A stretch of DNA of 64,000 nucleotides from Tubulanus polymorphus (taxonomy: Eukaryota; Animalia; Nemertea), in NCBI RefSeq assembly GCF_964204645.1, contig NC_134033.1, forward strand, positions 12,346,655 to 12,410,654, in the 5' to 3' direction. The notes beneath the pieces were generated by a model that ran no database searches, was not told the DNA's origin, and was given only the letters and a program-made list of their open reading frames with translations. Numbering within the stretch: position 1 is the first letter of the stretch; the number at the start of each line of letters is the position of its first letter. This document shows positions 23,336-36,135 of the stretch, in pieces. The translations under genes were made by a program, and so were the position numbers.

Positions 23336-26234
23336 GAGATATACGTTTAATACTTCAAGGCGTCAATAAACTTTAGTTTTCTTGTTCTCAGCTTGTAATT
23401 TAACATTTCTAATAATTACAACATCAGCGAACGATTCTTATACATTACATGCTTAGATTATTTCAGTTTCCATTTTACTCATGTTATAAGCGAGTGAGTG
23501 TAAGGTATTATATAGCGCGTTCACACGGCGTATCTCTCAGCTGTTGTGCTTCTGACAGCACTGTGTTAAACGCTTTACAGCGTTGCTAATCACGCTTTAC
23601 TCGGGTTGAGTAATTCAATTACGCTGACCTAACGTACCCCGTTCCCCCTCTCCCCAACGCTCGCGCGCTCTTCCGTTTTCGATCGGAATTTTTGACGAGA
23701 GTTGATTGGTAATTCGTCTCGGAAAAAACTTGTCACGATCTTTTTTTTCGGGTTTGTTCTTTGTCCTGTTATTACGTAAACGACAGACAACGGATTTACT
23801 ATACGCTAATGAAGTTGTCAAGCGCGCCGGCTAACATTGAATACTCCTCGGCCGCAAGATGTCTTAACATCTATTGAAGCGGAGCTTCGAGATTTCTATA
23901 TTATGTTTCTTTATCCCGTAATTTCAAATATTCTATTTTCTAAACTGATCAGTGCCCCACCTGACTCCAGTGGCGATTTAGTTTGTTATGGAGCTTTCTA
24001 CAACCGGCCGCTCAGCTTTTACGGCAAATAAATCAGATATAAAAAAAGGTTTTTACGGTCGTATTATGGCGGCCTAGTATACGAACCAAAAACAGAATGC
24101 AGCTCACAATATTGATGACTGCAGTATGACATTATATTTACAACAAAAAACGATACAACAAAAAACGTACGGAAAAGCTACGTAAACCGAAGTGCTATTG
24201 ATGCGTCTAGAAGTGAAAAATTGAAAATCAATACTGCGGTGTGATCATAGTGTTATGTATTTATTGACCACAAAGCGGGCGCAACCGTTATGCGAGAATA
24301 TGAATATGAATACTTTATTTTCTCTTATAATAAATACATAATACACACAGATATGAATAATATCTCGAGAATAGGGCATCTCCAAGCCAGGGGCTGCACC
24401 ATTAGGGGAGATGCCCGACAGCAGTTATGACGACTACGACAAACAGAATTCCCGTATGGTTTTCTGATCTTGAAATATGGAATTGCCCCTCTTAGTTATT
24501 TGTTCGGAATGATTTTGATACGGTTCGATTGTGTATATCCATTACAAACCCACCACGCATTTCGGGAATGAAACGGGGGCTCCAAGAAGGTCGTCACTAG
24601 GTTTCAAGAAGTATAGGGACTCTTCGCATGAAATTATCTTCGACCGTGAACCGACAAGTTCTGACTCGATTATCAAACGTGTAATTGCGTTTAAGCGTCA
24701 CTTGTTGTTTCGCTATTTCGCTGTAATCACCGGTCAGCGTGTATAATAGAGCAGAATTTATGGCCGACACTTTCTCCACACGCTGACCTCGAGGTCGCGC
24801 GACTTGCGTCAACCGCGGCGGCCATTAATCAACTCCAATTGTTGCCGGGCTCCGAGGCGTTGTAGCGTAAAATTGATCCGACGCGAAGGAAGAATGGCGT
24901 AACGCGACGGTCGGAATCTTCTGAATGCGAAAACAACAGTACCATGGATATCGCTGTCACTCTGGTCAAATACTGCCCCAAATTATACATAGGTCTGTCG
25001 CCACGTCCAAAACATTAGGCACCGACTCTTTTACCAATCGGGACGCATCCGGGTGTTTCCAATTTCACTCACTTATCGATCACGTGATCATCCGAACGTC
25101 TCCGGACTCTCCATTCTGGCGAGGTGGTTTAGTTGCGGAGTGGAGCCGTGCGGTTAAGAAGATACACGTTCAGCATAGCATTAACAGGCAACCAGTCTAG
25201 GCTCAGAATTCGACACGCCAACCAGTCTATTAGATGATAGTACAGTCGTTCTCCGATTGTGCTCAATCCGGACGTGAGTCGGGCCTAGTAGACTAATTGA
25301 TATGTTTAGGCTAGAAATTAATGCTATGTAGTGAAGGCAAATGGGTTGGCTGCAATCAGAAACGCCGTTTTTGCTACTTCTCTTGGCGTATGTGACGTTT
25401 GGATATGCTCTATTGCTCCCCACTGGTACATGACCCGATATGACGACGCCGTTCTGATCCTATAACGTAGCCCCCCGTCTATACCTGGATCTCTATCGCT
25501 GACGGACACCCACTCCTCTAATCACATCTCACCGATTGTAAAAGAGAATTTAATCCCCGAGGCGCTAACATTCCACGTATAACACAGCGACGCTCGGTGA
25601 CTTTTTAATTCTACAGACTGCGTAAGGTGCTTAGTGCTCCATCTTTTTCTTGCAGCGATGTCTGTTTGTATTGAAAACACCACCGACTCGGTGACATTTC
25701 TGATTTTCCTCATCTTTTCCATCAAAGCAAGGTCGTTTTAACAATAACTCTCGGTAAAGGCGGATCACGAGCGCGCACTGCCGAGCGACGGAATAAAGCC
25801 ACGCATTTTGAACGCACAAAGGACTCGGCGGCCGCGATACACAAAACCGAATCGAATCTGCTAGAAGATAATAACGATAAAAAATGAGAAGAATGTCCTA
25901 TATATCGATCTACGGACTGAAACTCACGTTCCGTCGATGATATAGCCGAGCGCGCGCTGCATTAATGAGGATCAGTTTTTGAATAGAGTCGCGAACAAAT
26001 GATTCGGTCTCGACGGAATCGGTGACCTGCGCGCAATCTACGCGATGAGAAAAATATCGCGATCGCGAACTGTATAGCACATTGCAGCCGCCATTTCGAT
26101 TCGAACTTATTACTTGTATCAAAACATGTCGCTTTCAAAATATTGATGATTCAGTCTGATCTCAGAATTGGCACATTGATGTGAGAAGATTCGTAGAGGA
26201 GCCGCGTTAGTCTGATGTAGAATATAAACACGAC

Positions 26235-26400
26235 GAGACGAGTATTACTTTATAGGTTAACTATTTTATTTGACGCACGGGCTTTCGCTACTAATGTATA
26301 GAAGCTTCGTCAGGTGAATGAGTGATGAAGCTTCTATACATTAGTAGCGAAAGCTCGTGCGTCAAATAAACTAGTTAACCTTTGAAATACTACCCGTCTC
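26235..26400. mobile_element. Fold-back element: 78-bp inverted arms, each carrying a minimal hammerhead ribozyme motif
   Basis: Arms 26235-26312 and 26323-26400 nearly perfect reverse complements around a 10-nt spacer; arm consensus CAC-CTGAYGA-A-GCTTCTATACATTAGTAGC-GAAA-GCTC-GTG followed by AAATAAA. Confidence 0.75.
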
Positions 26401-28101
26401 ACGAATATGAGGTGTATGCGAATACTTAGAATGGCCTCAAGATTGGTTGAAATTCGTCGTATTCGTTTTTAAGGACCTCAAAACCGATTTTGATCTTATT
26501 TCAAGTCACTTTTGCAGAACGAGTAAGTCACTAGACCGACTTCGGGCTAGTGTGAACGTTTGGTCCGTTCTATTATTGGGACGGACCAAATTAAGACCTT
26601 ACTAGATAAAGTATAGTTTGAACGCGTCTGTGGAGCCGGTTGCAAGACATGGTTCTATAGTCGATTGGAATAAAAGGATTGGCTTGCCAAACTCGTCATT
26701 GGTACATTAATAAGGCTCATCTTTTGCGTCTCGAATGTGGCACTGACTCCAGACTGAAAAATCATCATTTGATACCGGGTTATATAGCTTTGTAACTACA
26801 TTAAACATTCGGTTATCAAATGCCTATATATCAAACTTGAAGCTAGATTGATATACAATAAAATCGATATTTCGTGCCAAACGATAATTTCGGCCATCAC
26901 GAAACTCGATCAACCGATTTTACGATATATTATAAGAGAGATGTTTAGATAGGAGAGCGGAATGCGTGGATTGGGGAGACGTGTGGAATTCGAATTTCCC
27001 CTCGTATCAGAGATCGAAACGATAAAATATTATGCAAACGTATATGAACGATATCCATCGAATCGGCGCCAGGTATAATGTGCGCACGATATGCGTTTAC
27101 AAAATATGAATTTCACAATTTCGACGACCGACGAACGAAGATAAAAGTGATAGCGAATTTAATTCGGTTTTTGATCGATCGTGGTTTAACCATCGATCAA
27201 GGCAGGATGATAACGCGAAATTCAGAGCTCTATAAAATGGATAGATTCGAATTTTGCTCGGTTTCCGTGACCGCAGTGTCACAAATCCGAATCCAGTGAA
27301 CTTCAGTCTGGACCGAGTTTATTCAGAGTTGAGAATCTAAGTTGACTCTGGAACTAGTTCCAGGTTGTTAGTTCGAGTGGACTATGGACCCAGATCCGCA
27401 GATAGTTTTAATATGACTCTGAATTTAGTTCCAACACAGCTGTGAGTTTGGTCACGGACTCAGTATTTTGGAGTCCACGGTTCGATATCATTCTATATCC
27501 CAGCTTTTGCTACATATCACTTTTTGTCCACGGAGTTTCCCTCAAGACGAAGACATCGATTTATTCGAATAAAGACGTTACGCAATATTTGAGGTTGATG
27601 AGCGATGTTTGACATTTTCCATCTAGATAATTGTACAGCCCAGGTACACTAATGAACGGGGATATAAAAAGCGGCTTATACAAGACATACCCAGCTGAAT
27701 TAATTAGCACCGGAACGTATTCTAATGGCAGATTATTGATTTAAATGTCAATGTATCTCCGGCCGAAGAAGTCAATTTTTAATACGCGTTTTAGCGAAGA
27801 ACGGAGGAAATGTGACGCGGTTTTACAAAGGCATGCTAATTACGCGATGTGTTGCGGTAGATGGTTTCAGAAAAATAACCGGGTAGAAAAGGAAGCGCTG
27901 TCTACCTTTCCCCCGTGCGGCCACATACAATTCAACCTTGACCTTATACCGCTAAAGCCATGACCTAGATTCTGGCGAGTATCGGACATTATGTCATAGC
28001 ATTTCAATTTAAACAATTGCAATCGTGAATTTCGGCGTTTATTTTGTAATCAAAAATACATTTCATTAATTTTATTCAATTTTTGTTAATTCTAATAATC
28101 A

Positions 28102-28300
28102 TTTTCTGAGATGACGTGTACTACGTCATCAATATCGGGGCTAGACTGGTTGCCGGTCATTTCAATTATCGATATATTCAAATCCAAAATAACTTGATTG
28201 ATCCCTAAAATACTATATTAGTATAGTATATTTATTTTTTCATAACTCATACATACATATACATGTGCTTATATTACATTATTTATTGTCGACAACATTA
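28102..28300. repeat. Dispersed repeat family C copy ending in an (AT)n tract
   Basis: Homologous to 23183-23335. Confidence 0.8.
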
Positions 28301-28304
28301 AGCA

Positions 28305-28492
<188 letters not shown>

Positions 28493-29930
28493 TATTTTCC
28501 AACAAGACGTCAATGCATGTTCGAGTTAGTTTTCATCCTAAATTATCTGACGATGATGACGCATATTTTGACGGGTTCCGTAGAACACAAACAAACAACA
28601 CCAGCAGCAGACGAGCGAAGAGAACTGTTCTCTTATCTCCGTGTGACTTGTTTTTTTCTACGCTGTAATGTGTCAATCAATCTTCGTTGCTCTGAAATTT
28701 AAAACAAAACCCATTTAGCTGTTTATTTCTTCGGCGAGCGAGAACTGATGTAATGCTTTTCGAGAGGAAGAAAAATTCAAAGCTTTTAGCCGAAGTTTTA
28801 GTTAGTATATGAAAAAGCGTTTTCAACGATTTTTGTTTTATGTTTGATTTAACACGTATGTAGAAGTCGACAGATGTATGTTTGTTTTGAAGAGGCGATA
28901 CTATTGATTATCGACTTGTTATATTATACTTTTGTTTATATCTATTGACTCCAATGGGCAAAAACGCTTCTGTGGCACTCGAGGGACCACTCGGCGCGCT
29001 AGTGAGCCTTCGGTCTTCCGCAACATTTAAAATAATAACTTATTCATCGATATAATTATGTACAGCAGTATGTGTGTAGATTTTGACAATTTGGCTTAGA
29101 TATTTGTAAAAAGATATACCCAAGCCTAGGCTTTACCAATAGCTATAGGGGATTTCCTGAAACAGGGCAAGTCTCTACCGTAGTCTTGCAAGGCTCTTGT
29201 AGTTATAGTGGATGCGCTGGGTATGAAAGATTCTCCTCAGTTCAGTTAAAATCTATCGAATATCATTTAGAGCAAGGAGGTACCTCTATGCATGAACCAG
29301 AACCGAGATGTAGAGAAAATCCGTTGAAGTAGTTGAGGTCTCTGTTCGTGCTCGTGGAAACCTAGGAATGTTAATCAAAGTCCATCAAATGTTGACACCA
29401 TCTGGTGAGAGGATGCTAGTTGTGCCAGTGAACTCTTTGCGCACAAAGGAGAACTCGCGTCTTTAGCAACACATTCCACAAAACTTTCATTCGCTGATAA
29501 AAAGCTGCATCCAATTTAATTAAAAGGGAGTTACGTGGATGTTCTGTCGAGTCGGGCGTGTTTGGTTGCTGTTGTTAAACCGGATTCAGAACGAAGAAGA
29601 ATAGATCTTCTATTCGAGTCGGGCGAATATCATTAGCTTCGTTCGTCAGAGGCACTGGTATATATATAGTTCGTGAAAATATATCCTGAAAACTGTTATT
29701 GCGATTTGGTTTGTTATATTCCCGGCGTTTGTACATAACGAAGTATGAACGTCGACCAGCTGTGCGAATTGACAGTGCTTAGCGAGTAGAAACACGCATG
29801 TCCCGGCACCCCGGAGAGGTTCGTTGCTGCCTGGTTCAGTTATAACCTTATCGCTTGCTCCTTGCGTTCGCATACTTCTCCCCCGAGCTCGGCATTTATC
29901 GCCTCGCTTCTTATCAACTGATAAAACGCA

Positions 29931-29944
29931 GCGCCCCCTGGTGG
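29931..29944. promoter_or_regulatory. Isolated CTCF-consensus motif
   Basis: GCGCCCCCTGGTGG, reverse complement of the CCACCAGGGGGCGC core. Confidence 0.5.
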
Positions 29945-30460
29945 GCCGTACAAACCGAAACAATGATTCGCCTGATCTCGCGCGTAAATAATTTGTTTAT
30001 AAAAACTTTGTATCGGTGCTCTCTTCGCCTATGGTTCAGTCATCGAATCATTTTTCGATCTATGAACTTTTCTCTATATAGGAATAAAAACTGATGAACA
30101 TCAATAGAAATGCCTCGAGCAGATTCAAACGAATCGCACGTATGCATATCTGCCTGCCTGTCTCTCTGTCTGTGTATAATATACGTATAACCTTTTCATG
30201 TAATTTTGTTTTTGGCTGATCATGTGTAAAAGTGATGGCGAGCGGGTAATCGTAACAGTCTGAGTTACCCGCAGTTCTCGAATGCTCTCAAAGAGCTTCG
30301 GGCCATATTTTGCGTGACATTTTTCTCAAATATATTTCACAACGTAAACATATATTACGTGTTTATGTTATTCATTTATCTGTATTTTATTCGCATGAAT
30401 GAGTTCGCTTCTGGTTTTCGCGGCAAAGATAAGCGGATATACGAACGAAAAATATTCCTC

Positions 30461-30623
30461 TATAAAATTCTGATCAGGTTGAATTTATAGAAATGAAACC
30501 TGAATATTTCGACTGTCGACTTACAGCCATCAATCATTCTTCTGGCCATTCCATCTGATGGTGGCTGTCAACAGTCGAAACGTCGTGGTTTCATTTGATA
30601 GATTGTATCTGATCAGATTTATA
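30461..30623. mobile_element. Older fold-back element with minimal hammerhead ribozyme motif (right arm 30551-30588, +)
   Basis: Imperfect inverted arms 30461-30536 / 30556-30623; right arm CCAT-CTGATGG-T-GGCTG(TCAA)CAGTC-GAAA-CG-TC-GTGG. Confidence 0.65.
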
Positions 30624-32425
30624 TATTATGAAATTTTCTCATTTACATATCTACAATTGACGAGGATTGTTTTATTCGGCAACGTAAGATTAGTATAGGC
30701 CTATAAAGCCTCGTTACACACCTCCCCCATATCCTCAATACCGGTAAAGTCTATGTCAACCTGAAAGCTCTCTTCGTGTTGACTGTGGACTGGGTAATGT
30801 GTTTGATTTCACGCTGAGCTCACGGGGAAACTTAACACCAGTTAATATTAGAGATTCGTGAAATATGATAACCGCCATTCAACTCGGTGACTATAGCCAG
30901 ACTTTTTGACCCGCTGCGTTTCATAATGAAATCGTAGATTAGAAATCAACGCCGATATACGTGTTGTTATCTACTGGCCATTTTTAGCGATTGGAGCACC
31001 TTTCGCGACGACGTCGTTCGCATACAATCGAAGCTATAGTATACTAGAGCGAAAAAGATAAGGCGTCCCCCAGGGCAGCGTACTTAGACCATCGATGTTT
31101 TCTCGCACGGGTCAAATACCGGTAACTCTGTATATCCGTGGACCGGTTTTAGTGGGCGTCCTATAGTCCTATAAAGTAGCATAGCTGGAGGATATTACTA
31201 TGGTAACGGAAGGCTATTGTCGGCGACGAGCTAAACCGGTTTTGTGTATTGGTATTTACAAGAGGGTGCACTTTGATATTAACCCGTTAATTCCGGTACC
31301 GACCGAGACATTTTGTAATATGATTAATTACTCATCAGGCAGATATTAGGAAGACATTGCGATGGTTTTATTGAAGAAACTCGGGTTAGAGTGAGGAGGA
31401 TAATTCCGTAATCGTGAAAGTCAAATAACGTGAATAAAATCTAAGTACATAGAATGCATGTAAAGTGTCTGATTCGTAGAATCGGTGTATTCTTGTTTTT
31501 GTTCCGTTTTGCTGCTCTAGCGGGTGCTGGTGTGTCTGGGTTTTTATTCGTCATACTATTTCATATCTAATGTCCTAAAATGTACTCGCTCATCAAACGT
31601 CAGTCTAGTTTAAATACGTCAACGGTCGGAGTAATGCTTCCTCTGAGAGTTCGTCAGCCTGGTTCATATATGAGGTGGTATTTTTGACATCTCCGATGTT
31701 GACATATCTCGTTTTATTCGCGTTCGTAATCGTAACACAAACATTGCCACGGCGGTTTTGCGCCCGAGGGTCCACTCTCGAATCAACGCCGGCTTTGTTA
31801 TCGCTAGTTGAACTCTCTCTCGGACTGCGCTATTGTCCGGCGATCGAATGCCTCAGTTTACCGAGTCGGGAATTCCTATGTCGAGTGCGCTCGCTGCCGA
31901 ACTCAACAACGTCGGGCTATTGTCTCGAAAAGTCGGATTAATCCGCATCTCAGCCAGCGTGTCGCCGCCGTTTTCAGACCGAAATTGTTGAATATTTTCG
32001 ACTGAAAACAACCCGGTGAATAGGATTATCACGAGAAGCGTCGTGAATAGCCGGCTAATTTAGTCCGCCTTTTCACCGTCGAGATTAAGTTCTGTGCTAA
32101 CAGCGCGCGTTGCAGCGGGAATGCGCGTATACACATTTCGTCGAGTTGTCGGTCAATACGCGAATGACCGGATTCAATTCGATCGCTATATGACCGCACT
32201 GTTTATCGAACGAGACGCTTAGACGTCGACATTTTTACTTTCATGGTGTATTTCACGGCCCATTAGCTCGTTAATAAAAGTGACAGATTGACGCCGGCAT
32301 CAGTCGGTAGTTTTCCACCATCCCTTCGAAACCATCCATGCTTACCGCCGGAGCCGTCGATATATAGGGTTTAACGTGATTTGATAAATACTAAGATATC
32401 AGTCGATGAAAGTTACCAAACATTG

Positions 32426-32571
32426 AGGAATTCCTGAAGATGACTATTAGGATATAGTCGAAACGTTGAAATAAACTACTATCTCCAAGTTTCATTTTCG
32501 GACTTTTTATTATCATTGTGGGATTCTCTCCTCATCGCGTCAACACGGATATAGTGTTCTACCAATCGTGA
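32426..32571 (+). mobile_element. 146-bp hammerhead-headed short retroelement-like insertion flanked by a 13-bp direct repeat
   Basis: TTACCAAACATTG at 32413-32425 and 32572-32584; related degenerate copy at 34292-34430 and inverted fragment at ~32607-32650. Confidence 0.7.
32431..32470 (+). ncRNA. Minimal type I hammerhead ribozyme with intact core
   Basis: TTC-CTGAAGA-T-GACTAT(TAGGAT)ATAGTC-GAAA-CG-TT-GAA: stem I UUC/GAA, 6-bp stem II, palindromic AACGUU stem III, GUU cleavage triplet, AATAAA immediately after. Confidence 0.75.
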
Positions 32572-33115
32572 TTACCAAACATTGGTCACGATTTATAAAA
32601 CACGACAGAGAATCCCACAATAATGAGAAAAAATCAAGTCCGAAAATGTTGGTATTCCTGAAGATGACGTTATTTTTGGCTATGCATGCACACTCGGAAA
32701 GTAGCCATTAGATGTAGCCCTTTATTTCTAAATTCCCCCGTTATCCATTTATATTCAGACGTTATCAATTATTAGAAGACGATTTCTTTGCGTGTACGGC
32801 AAGAGTTTGAAATGTGAGCGCTTTTGTATTGGTGAAATATTAATGAAATCCTGTCCACGCGATCTCAGAACGATGCATTTTTTTGAAGGTCACCTTCAAC
32901 CTTGAATACAGGATGTACTGTCCGTATTCTTTCCCAGTCGTGTAAAAAGTAACAAATAACTGAGTCGGGACCAGGTTTGAGTTTTTCGGCACAATCGGCG
33001 CGTGGGGATGATGTCTGGACTGATAACTAATGCGTGCTACGTTCAATAAGAACAGTTCGTGGTCGATAAATATTGATTTAGATCTAAAGTGGAAAAGAAT
33101 TTTGAGAATTTTTAT

Positions 33116-33174
33116 CTAACGTTTTTCTTGTCTCTTTTCTTTTCATATTCACCTCCTCGACGCTGTAGGTAAGT
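33116..33174 (+). other. Candidate recursive splice site (ratchet point), AG|GT junction at 33168/33169
   Basis: Branch-point-like CTAAC (33116-33120), 46-nt AG-free pyrimidine-rich tract, TAG directly followed by consensus donor GTAAGT. Confidence 0.7.
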
Positions 33175-34291
33175 ACCGTTGTATTTTCTAATTACTTATT
33201 TTGTGTGTGTGAAACGAAGTCTCGGTCGGCGCACCAACCTTTGGATAAACCCTTTCAGAAAAGAGTTGGCCCTTTGTAAAATCTATGATATCATCGTTGC
33301 CATCGCAGCAACAAGTAAGATTCCGTGTGGATCGCTAAGTCTTAACGTACTACGTAAATCGATGATGTCATTGGGGGAAGTGGAATGCTTGATTTTTTAT
33401 CAGCTTCATTTTCATCGACAAACTTTATGAATCATCTCTCCTCGAAAATAAACTAATGAATATACGATTCGTCGCCGGGTTCTGGGAATATTCAAAACTG
33501 GAAAGATTATATTTTCATAGTAACGAGATATTTATCGATATTTAAGCGTCGTTTCGGCTCCACGCTGACGACGGATCGCGCGCTCCGAAATTTACGAAAC
33601 GCGGCACGAAGTCGCCTGGTAAAACTCGCGACTCGCGCGCGGTTACATCATAAATGCCGTATCACGGTTTAATATCATTTAACAGCGCTGTGTTAGTCGT
33701 CGATGGCCATCACCGAGCTTCATTAACCGGCGGTCATCGCGAATAAATGAATAGTAATCCGTATAGAACAGCGATCGTTCCGCGTCGCCTTAATCTGCGC
33801 GGATAAGAGTACTCGATGACGTTCATATTTTGCCACTCGAGGGACGCAGATGATATGCCGTGTACTGTCTTACATTATAAGCTCGCTGACGCTTACACAA
33901 ACTTGTTTGTGTTGTCGGCGAGGAACAATTCTCTTCTTTTTTAATGGTCGCCGTTTCTTCGTATCGCGTAGTAATGATATGGTGATTTTTTTAGGTCCCC
34001 GGCGTTGACTCATTTTTTCGCCTCATCGTTCGCGTATTATACTTGAGAATATTAAACGGCCGTGAATGAAAATGATTGTTTGCTTAGTATCATTCCGATA
34101 GTGAATGACCGACGATTTATGTGGACGAAAAATGGCGGAGAGATATTTGATTAAAATTGTGTATAAAATAGCGTCCCGAGACGAGAGTGTAGCAACTTTT
34201 CCAAGAACTATAATAATTGAGTATGTAGGAAATCTGATGATAGTAACGAAACAGTAACAGTAAGTCCAAAAATGGTTCCTCGAGCAAGTTA

Positions 34292-34430
34292 TTCCGGGAG
34301 ATGACTGTTAGAATATAGTCGAAACATCTAATGAACTATACACTAGTTCAAGGAAACATTTTCGGAATTAATTTTATCTTTTCGTTATCATTGTGGGATA
34401 CTCTACCAACGCGGCCGGTGTTTTTATCAA
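34292..34430 (+). mobile_element. Degenerate copy of the 32426-32571 hammerhead element
   Basis: ttccgggagatgactgttagaatatagtcgaaacatc...cattttcgga...ttatcattgtgggatactct; catalytic core mutated (CGGGAGA). Confidence 0.7.
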
Positions 34431-35942
34431 TGGTTAAAATAATTGAGCTTTAGTACCAGTCGACTCCTTCTAAGCCATCTAACCTCAATACGTAGTAGAC
34501 ACGGTTGGTCTTCTTGGGGTGAAGGAAAGGTGTAAAAAATCCCCATTTTACGTCTTATGCTTCACAGGCTCAGGTTGGAAGTCACGAAAATATTCCGTAT
34601 GGCCGAGACGTCATTTTGATGTTTCAAAAACATCGAAATTAATTATTTTCATTTATTTTACGGTTTTGGCCGTCGACTCTAAATATGACCTTGATCTTTC
34701 TTTAGTTAGTATTACGTGGGTAGGTGTGAATATAAAACTGCTTATTCAGACGTATATAATTAATTTAGCGATATAACAATTCGATTTACTTACATTCTGT
34801 AAGCGCTTTAGGGCAAACTCTATATCCGCCGAGACACTTCTTCGCATTCTACTTTACTCACACAAATTCAATAACAATTGTTTTGAATTAAAACGAATTC
34901 CTTTATCAAAAATAGATAGTTTTGATAAAGTATCGTTGCCGCCCGGGGCCTGTCTTTCCGTCAGACTTTTCTTATATGCGTATAAAGATTAGGTCGATTG
35001 ATTCTGTTTTGTTCGCGTAATAATTCGCTATTCAGTAGATACATTTTCATTTCAATGGGATCGGAAATTGATTAAATTATAGCTAATCGCATTTCCCTGG
35101 AGAAATGTACCGGCTCAGACTGTAAGCCTTCGGGCGATGCCTTTACGCTTTTGGTTTGGCCATGGACTAGCCACGATCGAGTCCACGGTTTGGTCATGGT
35201 CGCTAACACGTGAGTCCATGGGCCACGGTCTATGGACTGTAGGTGGTTAGCAAATATACCCAAAATTTTCAGTGTAGAAGTTAGAAATTGGTTTGGACCT
35301 GGAACACAAATCGCTTCGTTCTTGAGTCCATAGTTCCACCCGGACCCTGAAATTCCTTTTCGGTGGAGAGTCCGTGGTTTGGCCAAAATGTTCTTCTGAA
35401 GCGGATAATCCATTTGCTCTCCATTCAAGTCAAAAGGTACGGGTTGTTTCGCCTTCTTTGGTGAATTAGGGATTTCACCTTCGGATTTCTACCAGGGGAT
35501 TTTCACCGCTAATCGGTCATCTTTTATAGAATACAGGGCCGCATTTGAATTTCAGAGGATCCGAAAAAGGGCCTCTATTAGGACATAACAATGATATTTG
35601 CGCAAATACCACTTTTCCAAAATTTCTGCTAATACGGCCCTGAATGAGCCCTAACTGTTCAATCGAACGACAGAATTATTAATATTGAAAATGTTTGACA
35701 GAGAACTGCGCGGCAGCGGCGGCGGTGCCGGATTAGACCGCGCTCGTGTGAGAAACACGAAATTAAACGCGCATCTGTCATTTATTATCATCATACGAGA
35801 ACCAGATTATAAATAATCCCACAATGAAAATATCGCGGAGGATTGATGTCGACTGCGGCATGCGAGTACAAGACACCGACCCATATACTAGAATAGTAGA
35901 GTAAGCCTCGCCTGACTCGAGTAAACCGGGACCGGCATAATC

Positions 35943-36135
35943 GGTTAAGTGAACATCCGGGTTAGGTATATACGGGTCAAAAGATATATTAGGAAATTAG
36001 GAAAAGGTTTTGTTGTTGTCAGAGTTATAGTCAAAGGTCTGAGTTAAGTGAAAATTTGAGTTAGGTATATTCGCTTCGAAAAAATGGGTCAGGAAATTAG
36101 AAAAGGATTTTGTTGTTGTTAGAGTTGGTCTGAGG
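35943..36135. repeat. Imperfect ~100-bp tandem duplication
   Basis: gttaagtgaa...gttaggtatat...aggaaattag..aaagg.ttttgttgttgt.agagtt...ggtctgag occurs twice. Confidence 0.7.

Noticed and set aside
26528-26605. Two short hairpins followed by CTAG, resembling a Helitron 3' end
   Set aside because: Final CTAG is not followed by T and no matching 5' TC end or second copy was found
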